Shown piece after piece: positions 12,916 to 24,900 of a stretch of 64,000 bases of DNA. The position numbers were made by a program, and so were the translations under genes. Within the stretch, counting starts at the first letter, position 1. Each line of letters starts with the position of its first letter. Under the pieces are notes generated by a model. The model did no database searches, was not told where the DNA came from, and worked only from the letters and a program-made list of their open reading frames with translations. Source of the DNA: Octopus vulgaris. Lineage: Eukaryota. Location: assembly GCA_951406725.2 (NCBI GenBank), contig OX597816.1, positions 174,530,001 to 174,594,000 of the forward strand, in the 5' to 3' direction.

Positions 12916-13310
12916 TCTTTATATATAAAAGTGAGGTTGTGTGCTGTCTGTCTCCTACGATTTAAATTCCTAACTACTCCCACATTTTGCGGTGCAGTTT
13001 AACCAAAACCGGGTATCTTATAGTCGTGATTCATATCGAGCCCTTCTGGGTATTAGCACGCATCTACGATGAGTCTACGATTTAAAAAAAAAATTACCAT
13101 CAATTTTCCCCATTTTTAATGCATTTTTGGCATATATAAGGGAAGTAACTCTCTAAAAATTTATTATTAAATCTCAGAACGTAAAAAGCTACAGTAACAC
13201 CCCCCTTTGTGGTTAGCCATATTGAGATGGCTATTATACTTTACATCTCTAAAAATGCTTATATAGTTATTTCCCTTACAAACCCGAGCAACGCCGGGCG
13301 ATACTGCTAG
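12916..13310 (+). mobile_element. Non-autonomous Helitron, complete
   Basis: A|TC 5' end, CCCGAGCAACGCCGGG hairpin, CTAG|T 3' end, no TSD. Confidence 0.9.
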
Positions 13311-13950
13311 TAATAGATAAAAGTTAATTATTTCACTAAGTTCCTCCAAATATTCTTCAGAATTAATTGGAACTCATAGACAGTGTATTTCATTACAAAT
13401 GTGGTCATGAAAGGGTTAAGGAGAATGTTTTCTCTTCATAGGTTCAATAAAGCCAGTTGCAGTCCAAATAAGGTATAAAGTAGGCACGCCAAGAACATTG
13501 CCAAGTGGTCTAAAGTTTTTGCCTTTTTCAGCCAACATTCATATATGTTGGCTGAAGGAATCTAGGTTTAAATCTGGTTTTAAATTAGAGCAAGTTATTT
13601 CAACTGATAGTCTATTGATATTTCAGGTTAAAGATGTGAGATAATTTTTCAAACATTCTTAAGCAAGTTAATGATATATAGAAGGAACTACCAATTTAAG
13701 ACAGGTCTTTCAGCTATAATAGCTGTATATGTTTGAGATGTAATAATGGTTGATTCTACATAAGCAGCTAATTCCTTTAGGAAAGATAAACACAATACAC
13801 AATAACTTTATTTTCTGTCAAATCAAAAGAATCTATTATATGAAAAATCCGATAGTGTTAAATAAAAACCTAATATAGTTAGTTTTGTCTTTCAACATTC
13901 GGACTTTGATTCCCAGCAGCAAACTTTACATGTTATTATTCCAGGGTCAA

Positions 13951-14326
13951 TTACTCTTTTACTCTTTTACTTGTTTCAGTCATTTGACGGCAGCCATGCT
14001 GGAGCACCGCCTTTAATCAAGCAACTCGACCCCAGTACTTATTCTATCGGTCTCTTTTTGCCGAACCGCTAAGTGACGGGGACGTAAACACACCAGCATC
14101 GGTTGTCAAGCAATGCTAAGGGGACAAACACAGGCACACACACACATACATACATATATATACGACAGGCTTCTTTCAGTTTCCGTCTACCAAATCCACT
14201 CACAAGGCATTGGTCGGCCCGGGACTATAGCAGAAGACACTTGCCCAAGATGCCACGCAGTGGGACTGAACCCGGAACCATGTGGTTGGTTAGCAAGCTA
14301 CTTACCACACAGCCACTCCTGCTCCT
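13951..14326 (-). mobile_element. SINE family A
   Basis: Matches the other family A copies. Confidence 0.9.
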
Positions 14327-14735
14327 ATTAACCCTAACCCTAATTCAACTAACATTTTTGCATATCATGCCACGGTGATTGTGTTTCCTATTTTCTAATT
14401 AATTAAAAGAGTGTCTTGGCTTACTACATTGTTATCCCAACTTAACTATATGATCTTCAAACCTAAGAAATTTTCCCACATTATCCATTAAAATCTTATA
14501 TACTCCTGCAATCATTCTAAGGTCCAGAAGATATAAGAGAATGCTCTGCTAGTCTGGAGTTGTCACAGTACTTACCAAAGATAAAACTCACTTTCTGTTG
14601 CATGCCCCCAACCCACTTATTCAATTCTTAATCAATTTGAATTTCAGAGTTGTTTTCCTGATGATGAACACAAATCATTATTAACGCTAATGAATTTTCT
14701 TTTCATTGCCGATGTAATTCTGATCAAAAGAAATG

Positions 14736-15127
14736 GGATCTTTTCGGTTTGGACGGCAGTTTTTTCTAGCGGTGTCATATGAAATTGTCACCCATAATTA
14801 TGACCCTGGTATCGATCTATTACATTTCAATCTGTTTTAGGGGTGGGGGGAAGGGTATCTTTTTTTCTTCACAAATGTAAATAAACCCAATCTGTTTCTT
14901 AAACGAGGGACATATTCATACGACACAGAATGTTTTTTTTACCTCAATAGACGTCACTGATTGGTTGAAATTGCAGAAAAAAAAATATCTTACAAACTAT
15001 AGAATTTTCTCAATAAAGCCAAGAGAAAAAGATGTTTTATAAACACATTCTACCAGTATACGAAGTTTAACATTTTTTAGTTACCTAGAAACTATGTTAA
15101 AAACTGCCGTTCAAACCGAAAAGATCC
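14736..15127. mobile_element. MITE, same family as 743-1170, opposite orientation
   Basis: Same TIRs; 8-bp direct repeat AAGAAATG on both flanks. Confidence 0.88.
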
Positions 15128-15349
15128 AAGAAATGTTTTGACTCACTACGTTTTAGCCTTAATATAGTCTTCATATTTTCCGGCCCAAGGAAAACATCAG
15201 AATCAAGTGAATTAACCATCCTTTCCCAATATTTACAAAAGAGAGACCGATTACCGTATAATTAAATATTTGCAAAATTTATTCAATTTAAACACAAGCA
15301 CTCTATATATATATTTATCGTGATTAAAATATATTGGATGATTCTTGTA

Positions 15350-15942
15350 TCTCTCTCAGGACATAAAATAATGTCAACGAGCCGGGATCGAAATCGGTTT
15401 GCGATCTTGACATGTTTCCAGTTGAGACTTTTCCCTATTTCGCACTCAAACAGTTGCTCGGGAGAAAGAATTTTTAAGTTTACCGCCGAGAGATGAGTTC
15501 GAAGCGGGACTGGACAAATCTGGCAAGTGCACTGGTACTTAGCATGCTGGGAATGTAACCGTATCTAGCAAACGGACCAATGAAAAGGCTCCGGTCGAAG
15601 GTGGGGGTTGTCAATAACGGTGACGATGATGTTGACAATGAGGGGGTGGGGGAGAGAAGAGCTTCGGAGATGGGCTTTTAACGGCTGAGAGTGGCAGTTA
15701 ATTGGAGAAGGGGAGGTAGAAAGTAAAACAGAGTTGGTAACGATTATAAAGAGAGGGGGACAAAGAAAGTAAAGAAATTATTGCAGTGTGTGGTTTGAGT
15801 AAAGTAGGAGTGGAAAGTGTAAGAAGAGGTCGGAGAGAAGTAATTGGTTTTGTAGGGAGAAGTGTGAGGAGAGCTTGAGACATCGCAAGGCCTAAGGCCG
15901 GGTGTCAACTATTTTTTTAAGGGAGTTTCCAAATTTGAAACT
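15350..15942 (+). promoter_or_regulatory. Cyclin F promoter / 5' UTR region
   Basis: Local CpG enrichment; CCAAT at 15577, ATTGG at 15701 and 15843, GGGAGTTTCC at 15921, TTTGAA at 15934. Confidence 0.55.
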
Positions 15943-15949
15943 ATGAAAG
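15943..15949 (+). CDS. CCNF: Cyclin F exon 1, coding part (ATG AAA G)
   Basis: ATGAAAG|gtttgt lies at the end of a CpG-rich promoter-like region. Its phase-1 end fits exon 2 (G+TG = Val). The assignment is inferred. Confidence 0.6.
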
Positions 15950-18900
15950 GTTTGTAAGATACACAGTTTTACTTATATTTTTTTCCATCTAATTTCTGTT
16001 ACATTTTCAACATTTTGTTTTTCCCTAAACTTGTTTGTGTTTTTGAATGTTTCTTTTACTTTCACCAATTTAAATAGTTTCGTTGGAAAAAAAAAATCTA
16101 TCAATTTCCCTTAAGTTTGAACGAATTGAACACTACTTTGCAATATTTTAAAACATTTATTGCAAAGTAGTGTTAATATAGTCGATTCTAAAATTTTACG
16201 CAATTCATTGATGCGACTATTTGTACAGATACTACGTATATTTAAATTTTATATTTAAAAACAAAATATACTTGATTCTAAAATTAAGATCTAATTTAAA
16301 GCAGATACTTGATCCTGTATTAAGTTAAATGAGTAAGCTTTTATTTATTTGTATCCACATCACTTTATTTGGAGCTATAACGATTTTTTTTTTAAAAAAA
16401 GACTAGATGTTTCGTATTAAAAAAACTTACTGTTTCATTTTGCAGAATACTAATTTCTCACATGACTGTCTTAATTCATTAAAATAAAAATACTCAACAG
16501 GAATTTATTCTACGTCTTTAATATTAAGAGTAGTTTAGTACGCTGGGCGAAATGCTTAGTGGCATTTCACCCGTCTTCTTGTCCTGAGTTCAAATTTCTG
16601 CTGAGGTCAACTTTGCATTTCATCCTTTCGGGGTTGATAAATTAAGTACCAGTTGAGCACTGGGGTCGATGTAATCGACTTACCCCCCCCCTGCCCCGAA
16701 ATTGCTGCCCTTGTGCCAAAATTTGAGATCAATATTTAAAATAGTTTTAAAGCGGCGAGCTTGCAGAATCGTTAGCACGCCGGACAAAATGCTTAGCGGT
16801 ATTCCTTCCGACTTAAGTACCAGTCGAGATAAATTTCTGTCGTTTTCGTGAACCTTTTTTTCATGGGGGGCTTTGTTTTCAATTAGAATACTGAATAAAA
16901 TCCCATTCTATTCGATCCTAAGCCCTAAAATTTCTCGGTGTTCGTGTCTGTTGTCTGGATAATGTTGATGCCATACAAACACTCCCACCTCCCCAACACT
17001 GCAACTGATATTCACAAGACAAATAATTTACTCATCTCTTTGTATATTAAACCTGTAACTCTTTGAGCAACTATTTATTTTCAGTCATACTTCGGAAGTA
17101 TTTTCTTTCTATTTCAACATTAACTTAAACATTGATTTCTTGTATTTTTGTTTATAAAGTTTATAAACTGAATATTTGGACACACATGCATGGAATTGCT
17201 AGTAGAATTCACTCTGAGAGAATGAATGGAAGTGTTTGAATTAAATTGAAAGTTGAGGAGAAGGAAGCATCAGAATACTTTGTATTATAGTTTTTGTTTT
17301 GTCTTTTTCTTTTCTGACAACTTTCTATATGTTCATACTTCGTTGGATCTCTTCAAACCCTAACTGTTCTCAACTTTTAACGGACTTGTAACTCCCCCAC
17401 CTCTTCCTCCACGACTTCGTCTTTTTTTTTTTTTTTTTTAGGCAGTCTTCCAACTTTCCCTCCTTTACTTGCCGCCACTTGTTTTTATCATTTTATTTTT
17501 AAGGGCTTGGACTTTTTTTTTATTTATTTAAAATTATTTTAATTCCTACATCTTACTAGTTTTGGGATCAGTTTGCATATAAACTTTACCTGGCTACACG
17601 TGTTTTCTGGGGAGAACATGACAGACAAATAATATTGCGAACTAGTTTTATTTTAATCACAACTTTGGATATTTCATATATAAATCCTTAAAATCCTTTA
17701 AAATGTTTTAGCCCGAAGGCCGCGGCCATGCTGGGGCACCACCGTATGTAGAGGTTATCTTTTTTATGCATAAAAAAGAAATTTTAAAAAAATTACCCAA
17801 GATAATTTCATAAAAAACGTTTCATTGTTTCTTTAGTGTTTTAGTATCCCTGTTGTATTTCGATCTGATTAATCTTCAAGATAATCCGTTCTTAAAGGGG
17901 AACATTATATATTTAGGTTCCTATGATGCCCGCCAGTTTTTCCTTCGAAGTTTGTCCGGATAAAATGTTTAATCTGTTATTCACGATGTGACTAGCAAGT
18001 GTTCAATCATAAAATATAAAAGTCTCCTATGTTTTACTTTTTCAATAGAAATTCCAGTCTGGCAATTATCTAAATTCGTTTGCTGTATTTATTTAATCTC
18101 CAAAGTTATGATTTAATTTCATTGAAAGTGATTCTCACCAAAAAGTTTTCGCGTTGTTGTTCCTTTAAACTGAATAGTTTTATCTTGATTGCACAATTAC
18201 AATCTATCTTGTATTTGACATGTCTATTTTTGTATGAAGAATGTTCCAAATTTGACATGATCGTCGTTAATTAGAACTAAACTCTTGTCTAGACATGTCT
18301 TGTGATGTAAAGTTTCCTTGGCGATAACACACAAGACAATTTTTTGTTCAGCAGCTGGCCACTCGTCATATACATTGTGTGTTGTATATAGATAGATACG
18401 TGCGTACTTATCTGTCTGTTGTACTATTGCAATTTTTTGAAGACCTGTTTTCATCTCATATTTTCATAACAAATCCTGGATGGCATGGATTTGTTTGTAA
18501 CCATTAGTGATGTTTTACTTTTTGTACTCCGTCCTAATTATGATTAGATTTCTATACAAAAAGCTGGCCCTTCTAGGTAATTTGATTTATTTTGTCTTTA
18601 TACATTTGGTATTTACCATTCTGATTAATGTAGCTTAGGACATTGCTTTCTGAAAATGACCATTTCACATCTGATTGTGATTGGTAATTACGATGTCATA
18701 TATTTTGTTAGGAGGGGTGCCCCCCCTCCCTGTTTAGTGTCGTACGAGATAGTTTGTAGAAGAACATTTTCTGAAATTACCAAAAACTAAAAAAAGTTGC
18801 AAGCAGAGAAATAGTGTGCTTAGATCAAAAACGCTGCTCTTGATCTTGTATCAATAAGATTTCATTAGGTACTCAAATATTTTATTCTCCCAAACTACAG

Positions 18901-21900
18901 AGAAATTGTAGAAAATCAAGAGGTGCAAAATGTTCCTCAATTGAGAATAGTTTTCTCACAACTATAAGGGCCCATCTCTGTCAGCTGCTTGTTTGTGTGC
19001 TGTCTCTGGTTTACATTTGAACATTTATAACTGCCTCCAAGCTGTTGGTAGTTAGAAGCTGTGAGAGGCGGGCATGTCAGGCACTGGATATACTCTAGTG
19101 ACTGGTTACGGAAGACTGCTGCTGAAGTGGAGATGAAGTCTGTGTCCATATTAGGGCGATTGCCTAAATATGGATATGGTCATCTATCTTTTCAATAAAT
19201 GATTAAGGTTAAATTTTGATGCACTTCTTAACGAAAGCTTTACTAATCTAAACCAACATAAAGAAGTATGTGTATCTATGTATGCAGACAGACACACACG
19301 CACCTTTCGCCCTTTCAACTTTTTTTTGATAATTTAAATTTCGGTCATACTCTTTCCGCGCACTTGTTTTTCAAACAATCTCATCCAACATCAGTTTTAC
19401 TATGCATTTTTTAACCATTCCTTTTATTCGACGTTTTAGATACAGATTGCTATTGTATACAGACTCATTTTGGTATTCTGAATTTTGCAGTGATACGAAG
19501 TTTAAGCAGCCTTCAAAAGGGATCAGAGAGTGCTTTTATACCCATCCACGTGACAGCAACAGGACCTCGGACCCGAAGCAGGGTCACTATTTGGAATCTT
19601 CCTGAAGAAATTCTTATATTACTGCTGAAAGAACTTCATATTAAAGAATTATTAAATATGAGAGCTGTAAGTGACTTGTTTCCTCTCCTGCCCAATATGA
19701 TGCCCTGTTACTCTTTACTCTTTTACTTGTTTCAGTCATTTGACTGCGGCCATGCTGGAGCACCGCCTTTAATCGAGCAACTCGACCCCGACACTTATTC
19801 TATCGGTCTGTTTTGCCGAACCGCTAAGTGACGGGGACATAAACACACCAGCATCGGTTGTCAAGCAATGCTAGGGGGACAAACACAGACACACAAACAT
19901 ATATATATACATATATATATGACAGGCTTCTTTCAGTTTCCGTCTACCAAATCCACTCACAAGGCATTGGTCGGCCCAGGGCTATAGCAGAAGACACTTG
20001 CCCAAGATGTCACGCAGTGGGACTAAACCCAGAACCATGTGGTTGGTTAGCAAGCTACTTACCACACACCCACTCCTGCGCCTATTTTACTTTGGAAATT
20101 ATCCATCCTGTGTGTATGTTTCCGACTATCTTCTCCGTTCCACTATTCTTTGGAGGACCTGTTGGAATAAGTCCTCGAGCACCTTCTAAGGTTCACTCCC
20201 AAGCATGATGTTGTCCAACCATCTTGTCTTTGGTCTACCCCAAGGTCTTCTGCTTGTTGGCTTGGCTTGTAAAAAAACCGTCTTGTGATTCTCTCCTGTA
20301 ACATTTTAATCACATGTCCATAGTACCACAGCTGTGACTTTTCTCTGCAGAGGAATAGTGGTTCAACCTGAAGAGCTCTGAGTTATGTACCTTGTTGAAA
20401 GACATTACTCCAGAGATCCTTTGGAGGAGCCCCACTTATTTTTCACAATCATACTCTTTCAGTCATTGCCCAACATTCATGACCATAGGTGAGGATATGC
20501 ATGAAAGCCAATACCTGAGGATTAAATGCTACAATTCTGTGAAATTACCCTGCAATTCTAACCTCCTGCTTCTCATCTGTCATGGATGTGTCTTGCTGTG
20601 ATAAATACTGAGTGTTTCATAATGTCTCCAGGCAAAGTACAATTTTAATGGTCAAAAGTTTTCATGTATGTTTAAATCTTGTAAAGATTGGTCTGGTTGG
20701 GTTGAAAAGGTTGTGTGTGTATAAATCCTTAAAATCCTTTAAAATGTTTTAGCCTGAAGGCCGCGGCCATGCTGGGGCACCACCGCTGATTTAAAGTGTG
20801 CAAGACAGCGCCAGTGATTTTCAGGGTATGAAGAATTCAACGAGAGTTCAGATTAACGAAGTAACCACACGGCTAAGCCCACACACATGGTGTGTGTAAC
20901 TCTTCATTTTCAATTATTAACAAACTAGCAGTATCGCCTGGCGTTGCTCGGGTTTGTAAGGGAAATAACTATAAAGCATTTTTAGAGAGTTATAGCAAAA
21001 AAAATGCATTAGAAATGGGGAAAAAATGATAGTAAATTTTTTTTTTAATCGTTGACTCATCGTAAACATTTTTAGAGAGTTACTTCCCTTATATAATAGC
21101 GAAAAAATGCATTAAAATGGTAAATGATTTTTAAAATCATAGACTCATCGTAGACGCGCGCTAATACCCGGAAGGGCTCGATATGAATCACGACTATAAT
21201 GTGGGAGTAGTTAGGAATCTAAATCGTAGGAGACAGACACACAACTTGACTTTTATATATAAAGATATTACTTATATTTTCAGGTTCATCCTTATTTCCG
21301 AAATCTCATTGATAACAGTTTGTCTATATGGTCTGTTGTTAATTTCCAAGATTCCTGGCCATCAGCAAATAATATCAAGCATTTTGAGAAGTGAGTAGAA
21401 AAGTTCAAGAATGTTATCAGTTTTTGGTTTTTTTCTGCATCTCTCTCTCTATCTCTCCCCCCCCACACACACACAGTAATAACATAAATGACCTTTGTAC
21501 AATTCTCTAGTAAATTAATTTGGATATTGATTAAGAAAATCTTTTCTTTCGAATAAATTTAAATGGTCTGTGATTCAAGAATAATTAGTATTAAATGTCT
21601 CTTTTTAAAGAAATTTATCTGAGTTTCCTTTTTAGAACTTCTATATATCATTTATAGAAACAGCCTATAAAGAGACAATTTATTTCTAAACAAGTTCTAG
21701 TTTGATTTTACATACAGTTCTGTCATGTCATTAATAACAAAATCATTGATAATGTTGAAGAAATTGAAACTTGGCAATACATTTGCACAAGATTACCATT
21801 TTTTATCTGCTCATAATTGGTTTTTAAATATTAATGGATTGACCATTTACTTTTGAGTGTGGGAGGAGTGACTTGAACAAATTTTGTAGAAAAGCTTTTT

Positions 21901-24900
21901 TTTTTTTTTAACATAGTGAAAGTAAAGCAGAATCTATTATATATTGCACAAAATCAAAAAAGTGACACAAAATAGCAGAAAATATTTGTATGAAGCTAAT
22001 TTTCTTTGAGAAAGGCATAAATATCTCACAATCTCGGTTTCTTTTATAAATTTGTAGCATATCTAAGTAAGAATTCATTTTGTTACTAGTATATGGCATT
22101 TGTGTGGCAGAAACTAAACATAGAATACAACACAATGGTCTTTAGTTTTCTATATTTAATTTCTTTGCTTTACATTAATATATAATTTGCAAACTTTGTG
22201 CCAATGCAAAAAAAAAAAAAAAAAAAAAAAAAAAGTCAGTTATTTTTGTCCTAAAAGATAACCTTGGGCTTTCTCATACTTTTCAGTGCTGCCAGTCAGT
22301 GTAACGTTGAAGCTTTGGTGAAATTAGCTCTGGCGCATCTTTATAATGAAGGATGTATGTATCTGCTCTTAAGTTTATTCTATTTTATAAACTCTTACTT
22401 ACTGCATTTAACATAACCCCTAACTTAAGTCAATCAAATTCACATATTTTATGCAGTTGATTGACTTGTGTAATTTAAAACTACAGTTAATTGCAATGAT
22501 GAAATTTTATCAAACATTAAATCTTAATTAGTATTTGGTTTGTAAAATTGTGATAATTTTCTAATGAAATTTTACGTAAATCTTTGCAGTACCTGGTGAT
22601 AAAGAAAATAAACAAATAACACATAATGGCTTTGTTGCTGCTGAGATGTTTTGTAAAGTGGAAAGGTTATGTTCAGGTTCTGATCCCTTCTGTTGGCTGT
22701 TCATTCGCCCTCCATGGTCTCTAAATGGTGCATGCTGCAAAGAATGTGTTTTCACCTACCTCCGGATCTATTTACGTAAGGTTAGTATCTTTTCCCTTTT
22801 TCTTGAGCAATCAGTCTGCTTAGACAGAACAGTACCTATTGCCTTTAACAGTTGTTTTTAGAGATGAAGTAAAAGGTTAACTCTGTTTAGTCTAAACTGC
22901 AAAGTAGTCAGTGACAGGACTTCCACCTGTAAAAGCCATGCCAAACACAACCAGGATGGTCTATTTCTTTTGTTGGTGTGTGTGCCAAACGATGGAGGGC
23001 AACAAGAGCTGTCCAATTAATGCAAGCATAGGAAAACTGACATAGAAAATATTTCTTTGTGGCTAATAAAAGGGTTCAAATGGGCTCTTCAATATTTAGT
23101 AAACATTTGATGGAAGGAATTGAAAAATAACAAGAAACAAAGGGGTACTATTGAAAAGGTAAAAAATTTTGTTCAGAATAGAAACTGGTTTTAGCTTTAT
23201 TAGTTATAGGTCTCTACTCCGAACAGGAACATGAATGGCTTTTAACTTGTATTTTCATTTAAGGTAAGTTTGCATTGTTCAGAATATAATTTAGGTATAT
23301 TTTTAGGATAGAATGCTGTGTAGTTAGCAGCAGATATTGTACGATAACTTACTCTCTTTTACTCTTTTACTTGTTTCAGTCATTTGACTGCGGCCATGCT
23401 GGAGCACCGCCTTTAATCGAGCAACTCGACCCCAGGACTTATTCTTTGTAAGCCCAGTACTTATTCTATCGGTCTCTTTTGCCGAACCGCTAAGTGACGG
23501 GGACGTAAACACACACCAACATCGGTTGTCAAGCAATGCTAGGGGGACAAACACAGACACACACACATACATATATGACAGGCTTCTTTCAGTTTCTGTC
23601 TACCAAATCCACTCACAGGGCATTGGTCGGCCCGGGGCTATAGCAGAAGACACTTGCCCAAGATGCCACGCAGTGGGATTGAACCCAGAACCATGTGGTT
23701 GGTTAGCAAGCTACTTACCACACAGCCACTCCTGCGCCTTGGTATAGAATATTGTTGCATCAACTACTTGGGTTGGCTAGTATGGTGAACAGTTGGCTGA
23801 CTGAGTCCTGGTTCATCAACAACTGGAATTCACTGGGAGCTGTCTATACATATACACAAAACCCAAGGCAGCCTTATTTGTTGTTTCAGGTGGTTGATCC
23901 TAAAATACAGATCTGTGTTGTAAAGACTATAATGCTGCTGGGAGAAGAAGGAGGTCAACAGGAAACAATGTCATTGCTGGAAGAAGCGAAGGAACAAGGA
24001 TCTGCTGCAGCCTCTTTCATGCTATGGGAGAAGAAATATATAAACAATGTAAGTCTTTGATGTCTTTTGCTTGATTCATAGGGTTTTTTCCCCTCTTAAT
24101 TAATATGCTTTGCTAGCTGCAACGAACATTGATTACTATTCCAAAAACTTTCACTATCAAATATTTTACCAAATTGGTACATGATATTGCAAATGAGAGC
24201 CTCTTACTTGGTTGCTCCATCTTGTAGAAATAGCAACAGAATCACACTTGACATCTTAGCATAAAGGACAGAGATAATGTGGCCTTAACCCTTTTGTTAC
24301 TGTATTTATTTTGAGATGCTCTGTGTTTGTTTCAATTATTTTATATATAACAAAGAATTTAGTAAAATAACTTAGTTATCATTCAGCTAGTGTTAGGAAC
24401 ATAAATTGTGACTAAGGTTTGGTGGAATATTTTAATTCAACACTTATGAAAAAAAGACATTTGTACTCAGAGCCAGAGTTGGTTACAAAAGGGTTAAACA
24501 ATAGGATGATCAGATGTCTACTAGATTGAGATTGACATGGAATTAAACAACATTGCTAATCAATACATTAGTCACCTCATCACAAGATTTTGTTTTTATA
24601 TTGAAGCATCTGCAGTGAATATGAAATGGCATTTTATTATTCTCTGGTTAGCACAAAATTTGAAGCTCGCTATTCATGAGATAGACTAATGTCCCATAAA
24701 CTCACTGGGTTATTGAAGTGCCACTGCAAACTTTATTAAGGAAAGATTATTCCTTATCCATAATAAAACTATGCTAACAAAACTTGTTTTTCTACTAGGT
24801 AGACAAGGACATTAAAAGTTAGGTGTCGTGTCCTGTTCATGACACTGCTCAGCTGGTAGGTGGACACATTACTAACTTAATCACAATTCTGAAATAATTT

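Noticed and set aside
19858-20208. Recurrent MSSNARGTNT.../DRLLSVSVYQIHSQG ORF family (also at 14103, 23526, 44519 and 54989)
   Set aside because: These are antisense readings of SINE A. The frame changes with the internal microsatellite length, so this is not a gene family.
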